NCBI GenBank assembly: GCA_027036135.1
Contig: JALVSY010000007.1
Location: forward strand, 484,880 to 548,879
Direction of reading: 5' to 3'
DNA length: 64,000 nt
DNA from: Pyrodictiaceae archaeon
GTDB taxonomy: Archaea > Thermoproteota > Thermoprotei_A > Sulfolobales > Pyrodictiaceae
Part shown: positions 10,452-18,632 of the stretch, one piece after another
How positions within the stretch are numbered: position 1 is the first letter of the stretch
Layout: each line of letters begins with the position of its first letter
Translations under genes and position numbers: made by a program
The notes under the pieces: generated by a model
The model's database searches: none
Seen by the model: the letters and a program-made list of their open reading frames with translations, nothing else
Told to the model about the DNA's origin: nothing

Positions 10452-10545
10452 GGGTTCACCAGTACACAGTCACTTGGTTGGGTACTTGCTTAGGCAGGGA
10501 GCCAGAGTAGTAGGTATCGATGATTTCTCCGCGGGTAGGTGTGGA
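10452..10545 (+). pseudogene. remnant of an NAD-dependent epimerase N-terminus
   Basis: Manual translation GF..SHLVGYLLRQGARVVGIDDFSAGR resembles the extended-SDR GFIGSHLV..G..V.giDnls.G segment. Confidence 0.55.
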
Positions 10546-10630
10546 GCCTGGGTTACTGGTTCCTGGGCTTTCTCGGCGAGGACATGTCTATATAGCTCTC
10601 CTCATTAGGTGTGTCTGGGCCTAGTGTAGG

Positions 10631-11479
10631 GTGAGTGGTACGGGGCAACAACTAGTAGCCGCCGGCTCCGATAACGCTAGCATGGCTAGGGCTACACGAT
10701 ACTCGCTCAGCGCTAGTGGTCTCTACAAGGGGTTGTGGCACCGGGCTGTTGCCCGGCTTGGCTGTGTCAGTGTGGTTCTCCCGGTTTATCGCGGGGGCGA
10801 GGTTGCCAGGTTCACGGCTAGCCTCGTCTCATTGGTGCTCGAGGAGACCGGTATCCCTGGGTACGAGGTAATAGTTGTTGATGATGGTAGCCCCGATAAT
10901 GGGCATACCTTCCGCGCAGCGGCAGGGGCATACATCGGGCCTCGTGGTAGGCTCCTCGTGCTCCGCTACGAGAGGAACAGGGGCAAGGGCTTCGCCCTAG
11001 CAACCGGTGCCTGGCACTCTACTTGTCCCTATGTAGCGTTCCTCGACGGCGACGGTGATATTGATCCACGCCAGCTCCTCTACGTTCTCGCACCGCTCCA
11101 CCGCTACGACGCGGTGGTCACTTCCAAGTGGCACCCCGAGTCAAGAACCAGTGCCTCGAGGCTCCGCCGCCTACTCAGCAACGGGTTCCGCTCCCTCGTA
11201 TGGCTCCTCACAGGGTTGAGACTCCACGACACACAGACCGGGGCAAAAGCGTTCCGCAGAGACCTCCTCATCGAGGCGCTGCGCAGGATCCACAGCAGGC
11301 GCTACGTATTCGACGTAGAGCTCCTAGCAACACTCAGCTCCCTCGGAGCCCGCATCCTAGAGGTGCCGAGCCTAGCCCCCCTAAGCCTCCACGGGCGCCA
11401 GCGCCCGAGAATAATCATGGAGATGCTCCTAGAGCTAGCAGCCACAGCCTACCGGCAGAGGAACCCCGTCGAGCAGTGA
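10631..11479 (+). CDS. GT2 glycosyltransferase, Dol-P-sugar synthase-like
   Basis: VVDDGSPD, NRGKGFAL, FLDGDGD, DTQTGAKAF, FDVELL. Confidence 0.9.
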   Translation: MSGTGQQLVAAGSDNASMARATRYSLSASGLYKGLWHRAVARLGCVSVVLPVYRGGEVARFTASLVSLVLEETGIPGYEVIVVDDGSPDNGHTFRAAAGAYIGPRGRLLVLRYERNRGKGFALATGAWHSTCPYVAFLDGDGDIDPRQLLYVLAPLHRYDAVVTSKWHPESRTSASRLRRLLSNGFRSLVWLLTGLRLHDTQTGAKAFRRDLLIEALRRIHSRRYVFDVELLATLSSLGARILEVPSLAPLSLHGRQRPRIIMEMLLELAATAYRQRNPVEQ

Positions 11480-11557
11480 CTCGGATCCTAGGCCTCCACG
11501 ACTTAGCCAAGAGAGCCCCCGGAGACAGCTAGGCGCCTGGGAGAGACTAGAGACTTA

Positions 11558-11650
11558 GTCTACGTGGAGGTGTGGCACGCCTCGAGGAGAGGCCTTCTAA
11601 AAACACTAGCAGCCCTAGCAAGGAAGAAAGCAGCCAAGCAGTGCTTGATA
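11558..11650 (+). pseudogene. remnant of a DUF2283 C-terminus
   Basis: VYVEVWHASRRGLLKTLAALARKK resembles IQVQILDASRRGLLQALIKLYRHKK of 5241..5522. Confidence 0.5.
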
Positions 11651-11727
11651 CCGCCATCCCCCTTAATAGGGCTTAGAGCTATAGAAGAGGAAACTAGGCT
11701 AGTAAAGGAATACGGGGTTCCGGGATA

Positions 11728-13167
11728 GTGCCTTCTAGTGGGCCAGCAGCAAAGGTATTAATTACGAGTATAACGGTGGAAAATTTTAAGAGCATACAGA
11801 GGCTTGATCTCAAGCTAAAGCCTGGCCTTAATGTACTTGTAGGGCCTAATGGTAGTGGTAAGAGCAATATTCTAGAAGCATTGTATTTTCTCCGTAAGGC
11901 GCTTGTAGACGAGGTGAACAAGGCACCGTATATGCCCCATGTCCCTGATTACTGGTCACCGCTCGACCTTCTCTATAACCGTGATCCTGCAGCAAGGCTT
12001 ACATACCGTATCAAGATGCTTTATCGTTACCGCTCAAGGCGGGGGGTTCACGAGACTCCCTTAGAGCTACGCGTGGTCTTCGCGGTGACGCGGGGCATCT
12101 CGTCCATCGAGCCGGTGGAGATAGCGCTAAGCTATGGGGACAGTGATACAGTGACAGTGTTTCGCCCGGAAGAGGTGGAGGTACACATCCGTAGTAGCCT
12201 GGCCGACATGTTGCTGGAGAGGCTCAGGAAGAGAGAGCTATTCGTGCCTACCTTTCTGAAAGAGAAGCTGGAGGCTGAGCTGAGGAAAGCACTCAGAGAG
12301 AGCAGAGAATATGCTATCCTAAAAACGCCTAGTGCTTATGCCCCGCTTGATATTATTAGGCTCAGCCGTGTGCGCGGCGCCTGGGCCGAATTCCATGAGG
12401 TGAGGGGAGAGCGGGACGTAGTGCTTGGGGTTATGTTGTCGCCGCTCTTGGTTCCAGTAGCTTATCGTGTGAAGGCGGTGAGCAGTGAGGAGTTCAAAGG
12501 ATACCCTTTGTCGGCCGGCATTAAATTCAAGTTATCATTGAGCACCGTCTTAGGAGTCTTATCTGGCATGATTCTCTTGAAGCATCCTGACGTGGGTAGG
12601 CTTCGTGAGCCCCAGCCGCTCAGGGAGACCAGTAGGCTTGATACAAGGGCCTCTAATCTCGCCGCCGTCCTCTACGCCATCACGGGTAGGAGGGGTGGGC
12701 TCCCCGAGCGTTTCACACACGCTCTCTCGAGGCTGTTTCCCGGTACCCGTTTAAGGTTTGAGACGCTTTATGGCAGGGTGGCTCTCTATGTTGAGGAGGA
12801 TGGTCTCGAGCTCCCGCCGCCAAATATCCCGGATGGCTTGTTTAAGCTTCTCTCGATACTCGCTGCTGTTGAGCTAGGCCCCTCCTTGTTGCTCATAGAC
12901 GAGATAGAGAATAGTATGCATCGCTCCATGATAGAGTATGTTGTTGATACTCTTGATAGCCTCGAGGTACCGGTGCTCGTGGCTACTCACTCTCCTATAG
13001 TAGTGGATCTCGCTGGGCCAGAGAAGACATTGGTTACGGTAAAGGAGCCCGGCAAAGGCACCGCGGTAGAGGCCTTCAGTAGCCCCCGGGAGCTCCTCAG
13101 GAGACTCGATGAGCTAGGAGTAGCTTTCAGCGACTACATATTCCACAAGACATCGATCAAAACCTAG
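11728..13167 (+). CDS. soluble ABC/SMC-type ATPase (AAA_15/AAA_21-like)
   Basis: ENFKSI, Walker A GPNGSGKSN, degenerate signature IPDG, Walker B LLIDEIEN, H-loop ATHS. Confidence 0.88.
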   Translation: MPSSGPAAKVLITSITVENFKSIQRLDLKLKPGLNVLVGPNGSGKSNILEALYFLRKALVDEVNKAPYMPHVPDYWSPLDLLYNRDPAARLTYRIKMLYRYRSRRGVHETPLELRVVFAVTRGISSIEPVEIALSYGDSDTVTVFRPEEVEVHIRSSLADMLLERLRKRELFVPTFLKEKLEAELRKALRESREYAILKTPSAYAPLDIIRLSRVRGAWAEFHEVRGERDVVLGVMLSPLLVPVAYRVKAVSSEEFKGYPLSAGIKFKLSLSTVLGVLSGMILLKHPDVGRLREPQPLRETSRLDTRASNLAAVLYAITGRRGGLPERFTHALSRLFPGTRLRFETLYGRVALYVEEDGLELPPPNIPDGLFKLLSILAAVELGPSLLLIDEIENSMHRSMIEYVVDTLDSLEVPVLVATHSPIVVDLAGPEKTLVTVKEPGKGTAVEAFSSPRELLRRLDELGVAFSDYIFHKTSIKT

Positions 13168-13169
13168 CC

Positions 13170-13727
13170 ATGACGCGGCATCCTAGGCTGGTGCTGGTAG
13201 AGGACACGTACGGCGTCGATTTCCATAGGAGGCTCATAGAGAAGCTGAGACAAGCTAACCTGGTTCAGTTCTCTACAAGCATGCCGAGGGTCGAGAGGCT
13301 ACCAGCAAGGGAATGCAACCCCAAAATCACGAGGAGCGTCAAGGCACTAATAGCCGCCAGCTACGGGGCATCCAGGAAGACCCTTGAGAAGACAAAGATA
13401 GTGGTAGTTGTGGACCAGGAGAACCTCAGCCCCGCCGAGGCCAGGGAGCGAGTAGCGATACACTTTGAGAAGGACAGTGCTCTAAAAGGGAAGGCAAGGA
13501 TAGTAATAGTAGCGCCGAGGCACGGGGCATGGCTCTGCATAGGCCTAGACCCCCGCCACTGTAGGAAAAACCCCGAAGACGCTATAGTGCGCGCGAGGAG
13601 CCTCAAAGCCTACGAGAAGCACCACCTAGCACGCCTAGCAGACCAAATAGACCCAACGCGACTACGAGGACAACCAGACTTCAACGAGTACCTAGAAGCC
13701 CTCCAATGGCTAGAGAAGGACCCCTAG
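13170..13727 (+). CDS. TOPRIM-like partner protein (DUF4276/RloB-like)
   Basis: LVLVED at N-terminus, VVVDQE, HGAWLC; starts 2 nt after the ATPase stop. Confidence 0.55.
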   Translation: MTRHPRLVLVEDTYGVDFHRRLIEKLRQANLVQFSTSMPRVERLPARECNPKITRSVKALIAASYGASRKTLEKTKIVVVVDQENLSPAEARERVAIHFEKDSALKGKARIVIVAPRHGAWLCIGLDPRHCRKNPEDAIVRARSLKAYEKHHLARLADQIDPTRLRGQPDFNEYLEALQWLEKDP

Positions 13728-13908
13728 CAGCCAAATAGCTTGACACAGACTCCTCGGGGACCTGGAAAAGTAAGAGGAAAACCAGGCCACGATGAGGCCC
13801 GGGCTTCATAAAAAGCTTCTCCTGTAGCTACAGAAGCCACCAGGGGAGGATACTGGGTAGCACGGCTCCTAGCAAGCCATGATTTCCTAGGCCCTCCCTA
13901 AGGAGGGT

Positions 13909-15072
13909 GTGAGGCAATGCTCTGCTAGTCTAGCCTTGGGTCTCCGCATCCTCTGGCTCAACTGGAGGGATATTAAGCACCCGTTGGCTGGCGGGGCCGA
14001 GGTCTATACCCACGAGGTCGCTAGGCGCTTAGCGGCTATGGGGCACGAGGTCGTACTGGTGACTAGCCGGGCCCCGGGGCTCCCCGCCGAGGAGGAGATA
14101 GATGGCTACCACGTTGTTAGGGCCGGGGGCAGGCTCAGCGTCTACTACCACGCTTACCGCCTCTACCGCAAAACCCGGAGCGCTTGGCGACCCGACGTGG
14201 TGATCGACGAGATCAATACCCTGCCGTTCCTCACCCCGCTCTACGCCCGGGAGCCCATAGTGGTGCTCATCCACCAACTATGCCGAGACTGCTGGCGCTA
14301 CGCCATTCACCCCCTCGCGCAGCCCCCGGGCTGGCTACTCGAGAAAACCCTTCACAGGGTATACACCAGGGCGGCCAAGAAGGGCAAGATACGAGCAGTG
14401 GTAACGGTCTCAGAGAGCACCAAGAGGGACCTAGTAGAGCTAGGCTACCCCGAGCACCTAGTAACCATTGCCTACAACGGCCTAGACTGGGACAGGTACC
14501 GCGAATGCCCAAGCCTAGCAAAGGAGAAAGAAGACCTAGTAGTCTACGTGGGCAGAATAACCCCTTACAAGAGGCTTCAAGACCTCCTAAAAGCATGGAG
14601 CCTAGTAGAAAAAGAGCACCCCGGCCCGAGACTAGTAATAGCAGGGAGACCCGACCACAAATACCTAGAAAGGCTAAAGAGACTAGCAAACAGGCTAGGG
14701 CTAAGAAGAGCAGAGATCCGCGCCAACATAAGCCACGAGGAAAAACTCCAGCTACTAGCACGCGCCAAGACCCTAGTCTACACATCGACCCGGGAAGGAT
14801 GGGGCCAAACAATACTAGAAGCAGCAGCCTGCCAAACCCCAGCAATAGCCTACAACGTCCCCGGGCTAAGAGACGCAGTCAAGCACATGGAGACCGGGAT
14901 ACTAGTAGAGCCGGGAAACACAGAGCAACTAGCCAATGCGATAAAACTACTATTAATCGATGAGGCTCTGAGGAGAGAGTTGTCCGAGAAAGCGCTCCAG
15001 TACGTGAAGAGGTTTAGCTGGGAGTCCACGGCAATGGTTTTCTATAAGGCGCTCCGGAAGTGTACCGGGTAG
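13909..15072 (+). CDS. GT4 family glycosyltransferase
   Basis: WRDIKHPLAGGAEVY, TVSEST, GRITPYK, EGWGQTILEAAAC. Confidence 0.92.
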   Translation: MRQCSASLALGLRILWLNWRDIKHPLAGGAEVYTHEVARRLAAMGHEVVLVTSRAPGLPAEEEIDGYHVVRAGGRLSVYYHAYRLYRKTRSAWRPDVVIDEINTLPFLTPLYAREPIVVLIHQLCRDCWRYAIHPLAQPPGWLLEKTLHRVYTRAAKKGKIRAVVTVSESTKRDLVELGYPEHLVTIAYNGLDWDRYRECPSLAKEKEDLVVYVGRITPYKRLQDLLKAWSLVEKEHPGPRLVIAGRPDHKYLERLKRLANRLGLRRAEIRANISHEEKLQLLARAKTLVYTSTREGWGQTILEAAACQTPAIAYNVPGLRDAVKHMETGILVEPGNTEQLANAIKLLLIDEALRRELSEKALQYVKRFSWESTAMVFYKALRKCTG

Positions 15073-15088
15073 TGCTAGGTAGCTGGGC

Positions 15089-16126
15089 TTGAGGAGGGTA
15101 AGGCTCAAGTTCGTTGGTGGCCTTGAGATAGAATTCGTGGATAGGGATAAAGCCATTGAGCAGATTAACGAGATTGCTGAGAGGGGTACCTACCCCGTTT
15201 ATGTAGTCTATGGCCCGGAGGGTTGTGGGAAGACAGCGTTATTTAAGCAAGCAAGAGAAATACTCGAGGAGCACAACTATAACGTTATCTATGCTAACCC
15301 GCTCGCGGAGGATAGGGAGGAGCTCCTAGACTATACCCCGGCGATAAGAGACCTTGTCAGGGAGGTGTTGAGGTCCTTCCCGGATCCCTATTCGAGGATA
15401 ATCGATGCCGCTATCAACATTGCTAGCCAGGTAGTGAAGAGGATGAGAAAGCCCAGGGTCGCGGTTCTCATGGATGATGTGTTCCAAGCCGTGGGCCTCG
15501 ACAACGCCGAGAAGTATGTAAAAACGCTGCTCAACTTGATCGAGCACCCTCCCGGCGACTATGAAAACATCGTAGTAATTGTCTCCTCGAGCGAGGGAAT
15601 AACGAGGAAAAGGATTGGGAGGCATAGCTGGGCAACTCTTCGCATCCTCTGGAACATGAGCAGAAAGGGCTTTAGGGAGCTCTATGACAAGCTACCCGGC
15701 ACTAAACCCCGCTTCAGGGACGCCTGGAGAGCCACTGGGGGCAACCCCAGATACCTAGGACTACTCTACAGGGCTAACTGGGACACCGAGTCCCTGGTAA
15801 AGGACATAGTAGAGAGTAAAGATCTCGAAGAACTTGTAAAGGGCCTAAACCCCCTAGAGACCAGGATACTCCAAGAGAGCCTTGAGGACCCCGACACGCT
15901 GTTCGAGAAATACCCGGAGACCAAGACGCTCATCGACAAGCTTGTTGAGAGGAACCTAGTAATAAGGCTCTGGGATAGGAACGAGTGGCTCTGGATTGAT
16001 ACCCCGCCACCAGAGAAGGACCCCGGCCTAGGCATAGGTAGGCACTACGCCTGGCAGACACCGCTGCACCGAGAAGCGGTCAGGAAAGCCCTAGAAACAC
16101 TCCACGGACAAGGAACCAGCCCCTAG
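15089..16126 (+). CDS. archaeal ATPase (P-loop, ATPase_2-type)
   Basis: GPEGCGKT, LMDD, GGNPR; paralog of 6297..7319. Confidence 0.85.
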   Translation: MRRVRLKFVGGLEIEFVDRDKAIEQINEIAERGTYPVYVVYGPEGCGKTALFKQAREILEEHNYNVIYANPLAEDREELLDYTPAIRDLVREVLRSFPDPYSRIIDAAINIASQVVKRMRKPRVAVLMDDVFQAVGLDNAEKYVKTLLNLIEHPPGDYENIVVIVSSSEGITRKRIGRHSWATLRILWNMSRKGFRELYDKLPGTKPRFRDAWRATGGNPRYLGLLYRANWDTESLVKDIVESKDLEELVKGLNPLETRILQESLEDPDTLFEKYPETKTLIDKLVERNLVIRLWDRNEWLWIDTPPPEKDPGLGIGRHYAWQTPLHREAVRKALETLHGQGTSP

Positions 16127-16420
16127 CCAAGAAGCATACAAATCAGCTAGCCCCCGGTCAAGACGAACCAGGTACACCTACACACACCCAGCACTCCATC
16201 CAAAAGGCTAAGACACAGCCCCAGCACGCAGAGAACAGAGTACCAACAGAGCCTAGGCGCACACCCAGGGCACCACGACCAAGACTCTCACAAGCCATTC
16301 TACGCGACACAAGCTCCGCGAGCTCAAGAGAGCCCCCGGTGAACACATAAAACCCCGAACCTCAGAGCCGCCACTAACGGCAACCTTAGCCAGCCAACGA
16401 GAGAGGGCCCAGCCGGAGCC

Positions 16421-16852
16421 ATGACACTATTAGCTGTTGCTTTAGAGAGGCTAGGATCACTATACACTGAGGCGTCGGAGGAGGCGCTACGCCTAGCCGA
16501 GGATATCCTGGCCCCGGCTGGGCCCATACCCCGTAAGACTATTCGTGGTCTCCTGGGCCGCGCTCTCCGCAACGGAGCCTGGAAAACTCTACCACGGGAG
16601 ACCCGGGCCCTCCTCCTAGCGGCTGCTCGCAGCCCTGTACGGGTCTATCGCTCACCGCGTTTGCTCGCGTTGCTTCGCCGTGCGTGGCTACTAGTAGAGC
16701 TAGCCACGATGAGAGGCAAAGCAGTGGTGGCTGCACTAACACATCTCCTCGCGAGGGGCGTGGCTCAGGGGCTCTACTCGTTGCTCCGGAGAGGCCTAGA
16801 CAAGCTCATAGCGATAGGGATCCAGGTACTAAACAACCCCTGGCTACGATAA
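16421..16852 (+). CDS. hypothetical protein, paralog of 4272..4721
   Basis: Near-identical protein and shared upstream GGCCCAGCCGGAGCCATGAC. Confidence 0.7.
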   Translation: MTLLAVALERLGSLYTEASEEALRLAEDILAPAGPIPRKTIRGLLGRALRNGAWKTLPRETRALLLAAARSPVRVYRSPRLLALLRRAWLLVELATMRGKAVVAALTHLLARGVAQGLYSLLRRGLDKLIAIGIQVLNNPWLR

Positions 16853-16859
16853 TCCGGTC

Positions 16860-17681
16860 ATGGCCAGAGAACCCCTCGTCTCAATAGTAATACCCACACT
16901 CAACTCCGAGAAAACCCTGCCACTAACGCTAGAATCCATAAAGAGGCAAACCTACAAAAACATAGAGGTAATAGTAGTTGATAGCTATAGTCAAGACAAT
17001 ACAGTAAAAATAGCAAGAAGATATGGGGCGAAAATTCTGCTAACCCGTGGAGGCTTGCTCTGGGCAAGATATATTGGCCACCTATACGCTAGGGGGAAGA
17101 TAGAACTCCTTCTCGACTCAGACCAAATACTCAGTCCCAAAACCATTGAAATCGGTGTAAATAAGTTATTGGCGGGCTATGACATGTTAATACTTGAGGA
17201 GCAGAGCTACAAGCCTCACACACTTGTACAATGGCTATTCTACATTGATAGAAAACACGTGCACGAAATAATGGATCTGAACCCGTTACACGGTGTGCTC
17301 CTGGCAAGGATGTATAAGTATTCTATCCTAGATAAAGCCTTTAAAAATATAAGACAGAAGCTTCCACTTTCAGTAATGTTTAGGTTAGTGTCTCAAGACC
17401 ATGCAATAATATACTACGAGGCCTGGAATATATCAAACAAAGTAGCATTAGTCAAGAATGCAGTCTACCACATAGAGCCCTCTACGCTAAAAAGCCTAGT
17501 AAGGAAATTCTACAGATATGGTAAAACAGAATATAGAGTGGGTAAGTACTATCACGAACTTGCTAAAAAAAGAACACCCAGAAAGATAGGGTTAACCCCA
17601 CAGTCATGGATTTCACTATTACTATGGTTTTTAAAAGCAGTACCATATATACTTGGAACACTAGCTAGTGTGGAACAATGA
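16860..17681 (+). CDS. GT2 family glycosyltransferase
   Basis: VSIVIPTLN, IVVDSYSQD, LLDSDQ. Confidence 0.9.
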   Translation: MAREPLVSIVIPTLNSEKTLPLTLESIKRQTYKNIEVIVVDSYSQDNTVKIARRYGAKILLTRGGLLWARYIGHLYARGKIELLLDSDQILSPKTIEIGVNKLLAGYDMLILEEQSYKPHTLVQWLFYIDRKHVHEIMDLNPLHGVLLARMYKYSILDKAFKNIRQKLPLSVMFRLVSQDHAIIYYEAWNISNKVALVKNAVYHIEPSTLKSLVRKFYRYGKTEYRVGKYYHELAKKRTPRKIGLTPQSWISLLLWFLKAVPYILGTLASVEQ

Positions 17682-18613
17682 CATATAATGATTATCCGCT
17701 AGTATCAGTAGTTATTCCAACTCATAATAGAAAAGATAAATTGATTAGACTCATAGATTCTCTCTTGAAATCCAATTATCCCAGAAATAAGCTCGAAATA
17801 ATAGTAGTTGACGATGCATCAACAGATGGTACATGCGATACTATTAGGCAATTATATCCGGAGGTGAAACTACGATGCAATGATGAGGAAAAATATGTTG
17901 CGGAGTCGCGTAATATTGGTATCAAGATATCTAGAGGAAAATACATATTTTTAATAGATGATGATAATATTGTAGACCCTAATACGATAAAAGAATTAGT
18001 AGAATTCATGGAAAAAAATCCGTATGTTGGTGTTGCCGCTCCGTTGATGTATTTTCTAAAAGATCCTAGAAGAATATGGTGCGCTGGAGTAAAAAGAAAT
18101 TATTGGTTAACGATTACAAAATATATTGGCTACGGTAAAATAGATGATGGAACAATAACTTCTCCTTATGAATCAGAGGATTTTCCTAATGCTTTTATGG
18201 TTAGGAAGGAAGTTATTGATAAGGTTGGTCTATTTAATTCGAAATTGTTTCCAATACATTATGAGGAGTCAGATTTTTGTCAACGTATACGAAAAGCTGG
18301 ATATAAGGTGATGCTTGTTCCTACCGCAAAAGTTTGGCATGATGTACCTTTACCAAGTACAAGATTTAATAATAGAGATAATAATAATAAATACATGAAT
18401 ATGACAAGAATATATTATACTGTAAGAAACAGAATAATATTTCATAGACTCTATAGTAAAAACATTTTGCAAAAGATAATTTCGGTATTGTCCGCTATAT
18501 CTATAATACTTCTACACTACACCCCTCGTATGTTGAGACATAATAGAAATAAGTTTAAGACATTTAGTACTATCCTGAAGGGTATTATAGATGGACTATT
18601 AATGAAATTATAA
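17678..18613 (+). CDS. GT2 glycosyltransferase (WbbL/rhamnosyltransferase-like)
   Basis: VVDDASTD, LIDDD, YEESDFCQR, KVWH. Confidence 0.9.
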   Translation: MTYNDYPLVSVVIPTHNRKDKLIRLIDSLLKSNYPRNKLEIIVVDDASTDGTCDTIRQLYPEVKLRCNDEEKYVAESRNIGIKISRGKYIFLIDDDNIVDPNTIKELVEFMEKNPYVGVAAPLMYFLKDPRRIWCAGVKRNYWLTITKYIGYGKIDDGTITSPYESEDFPNAFMVRKEVIDKVGLFNSKLFPIHYEESDFCQRIRKAGYKVMLVPTAKVWHDVPLPSTRFNNRDNNNKYMNMTRIYYTVRNRIIFHRLYSKNILQKIISVLSAISIILLHYTPRMLRHNRNKFKTFSTILKGIIDGLLMKL

Positions 18614-18632
18614 TACAAGAATAAGATTAATC

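Noticed and set aside
14184-14963. Long alternative-frame and antisense ORFs over the GT4 gene (similar cases at 22986..23399, 24780..25184 and 34852..35337)
   Set aside because: Shadow ORFs caused by skewed codon usage; no motifs, and they overlap well-supported genes.
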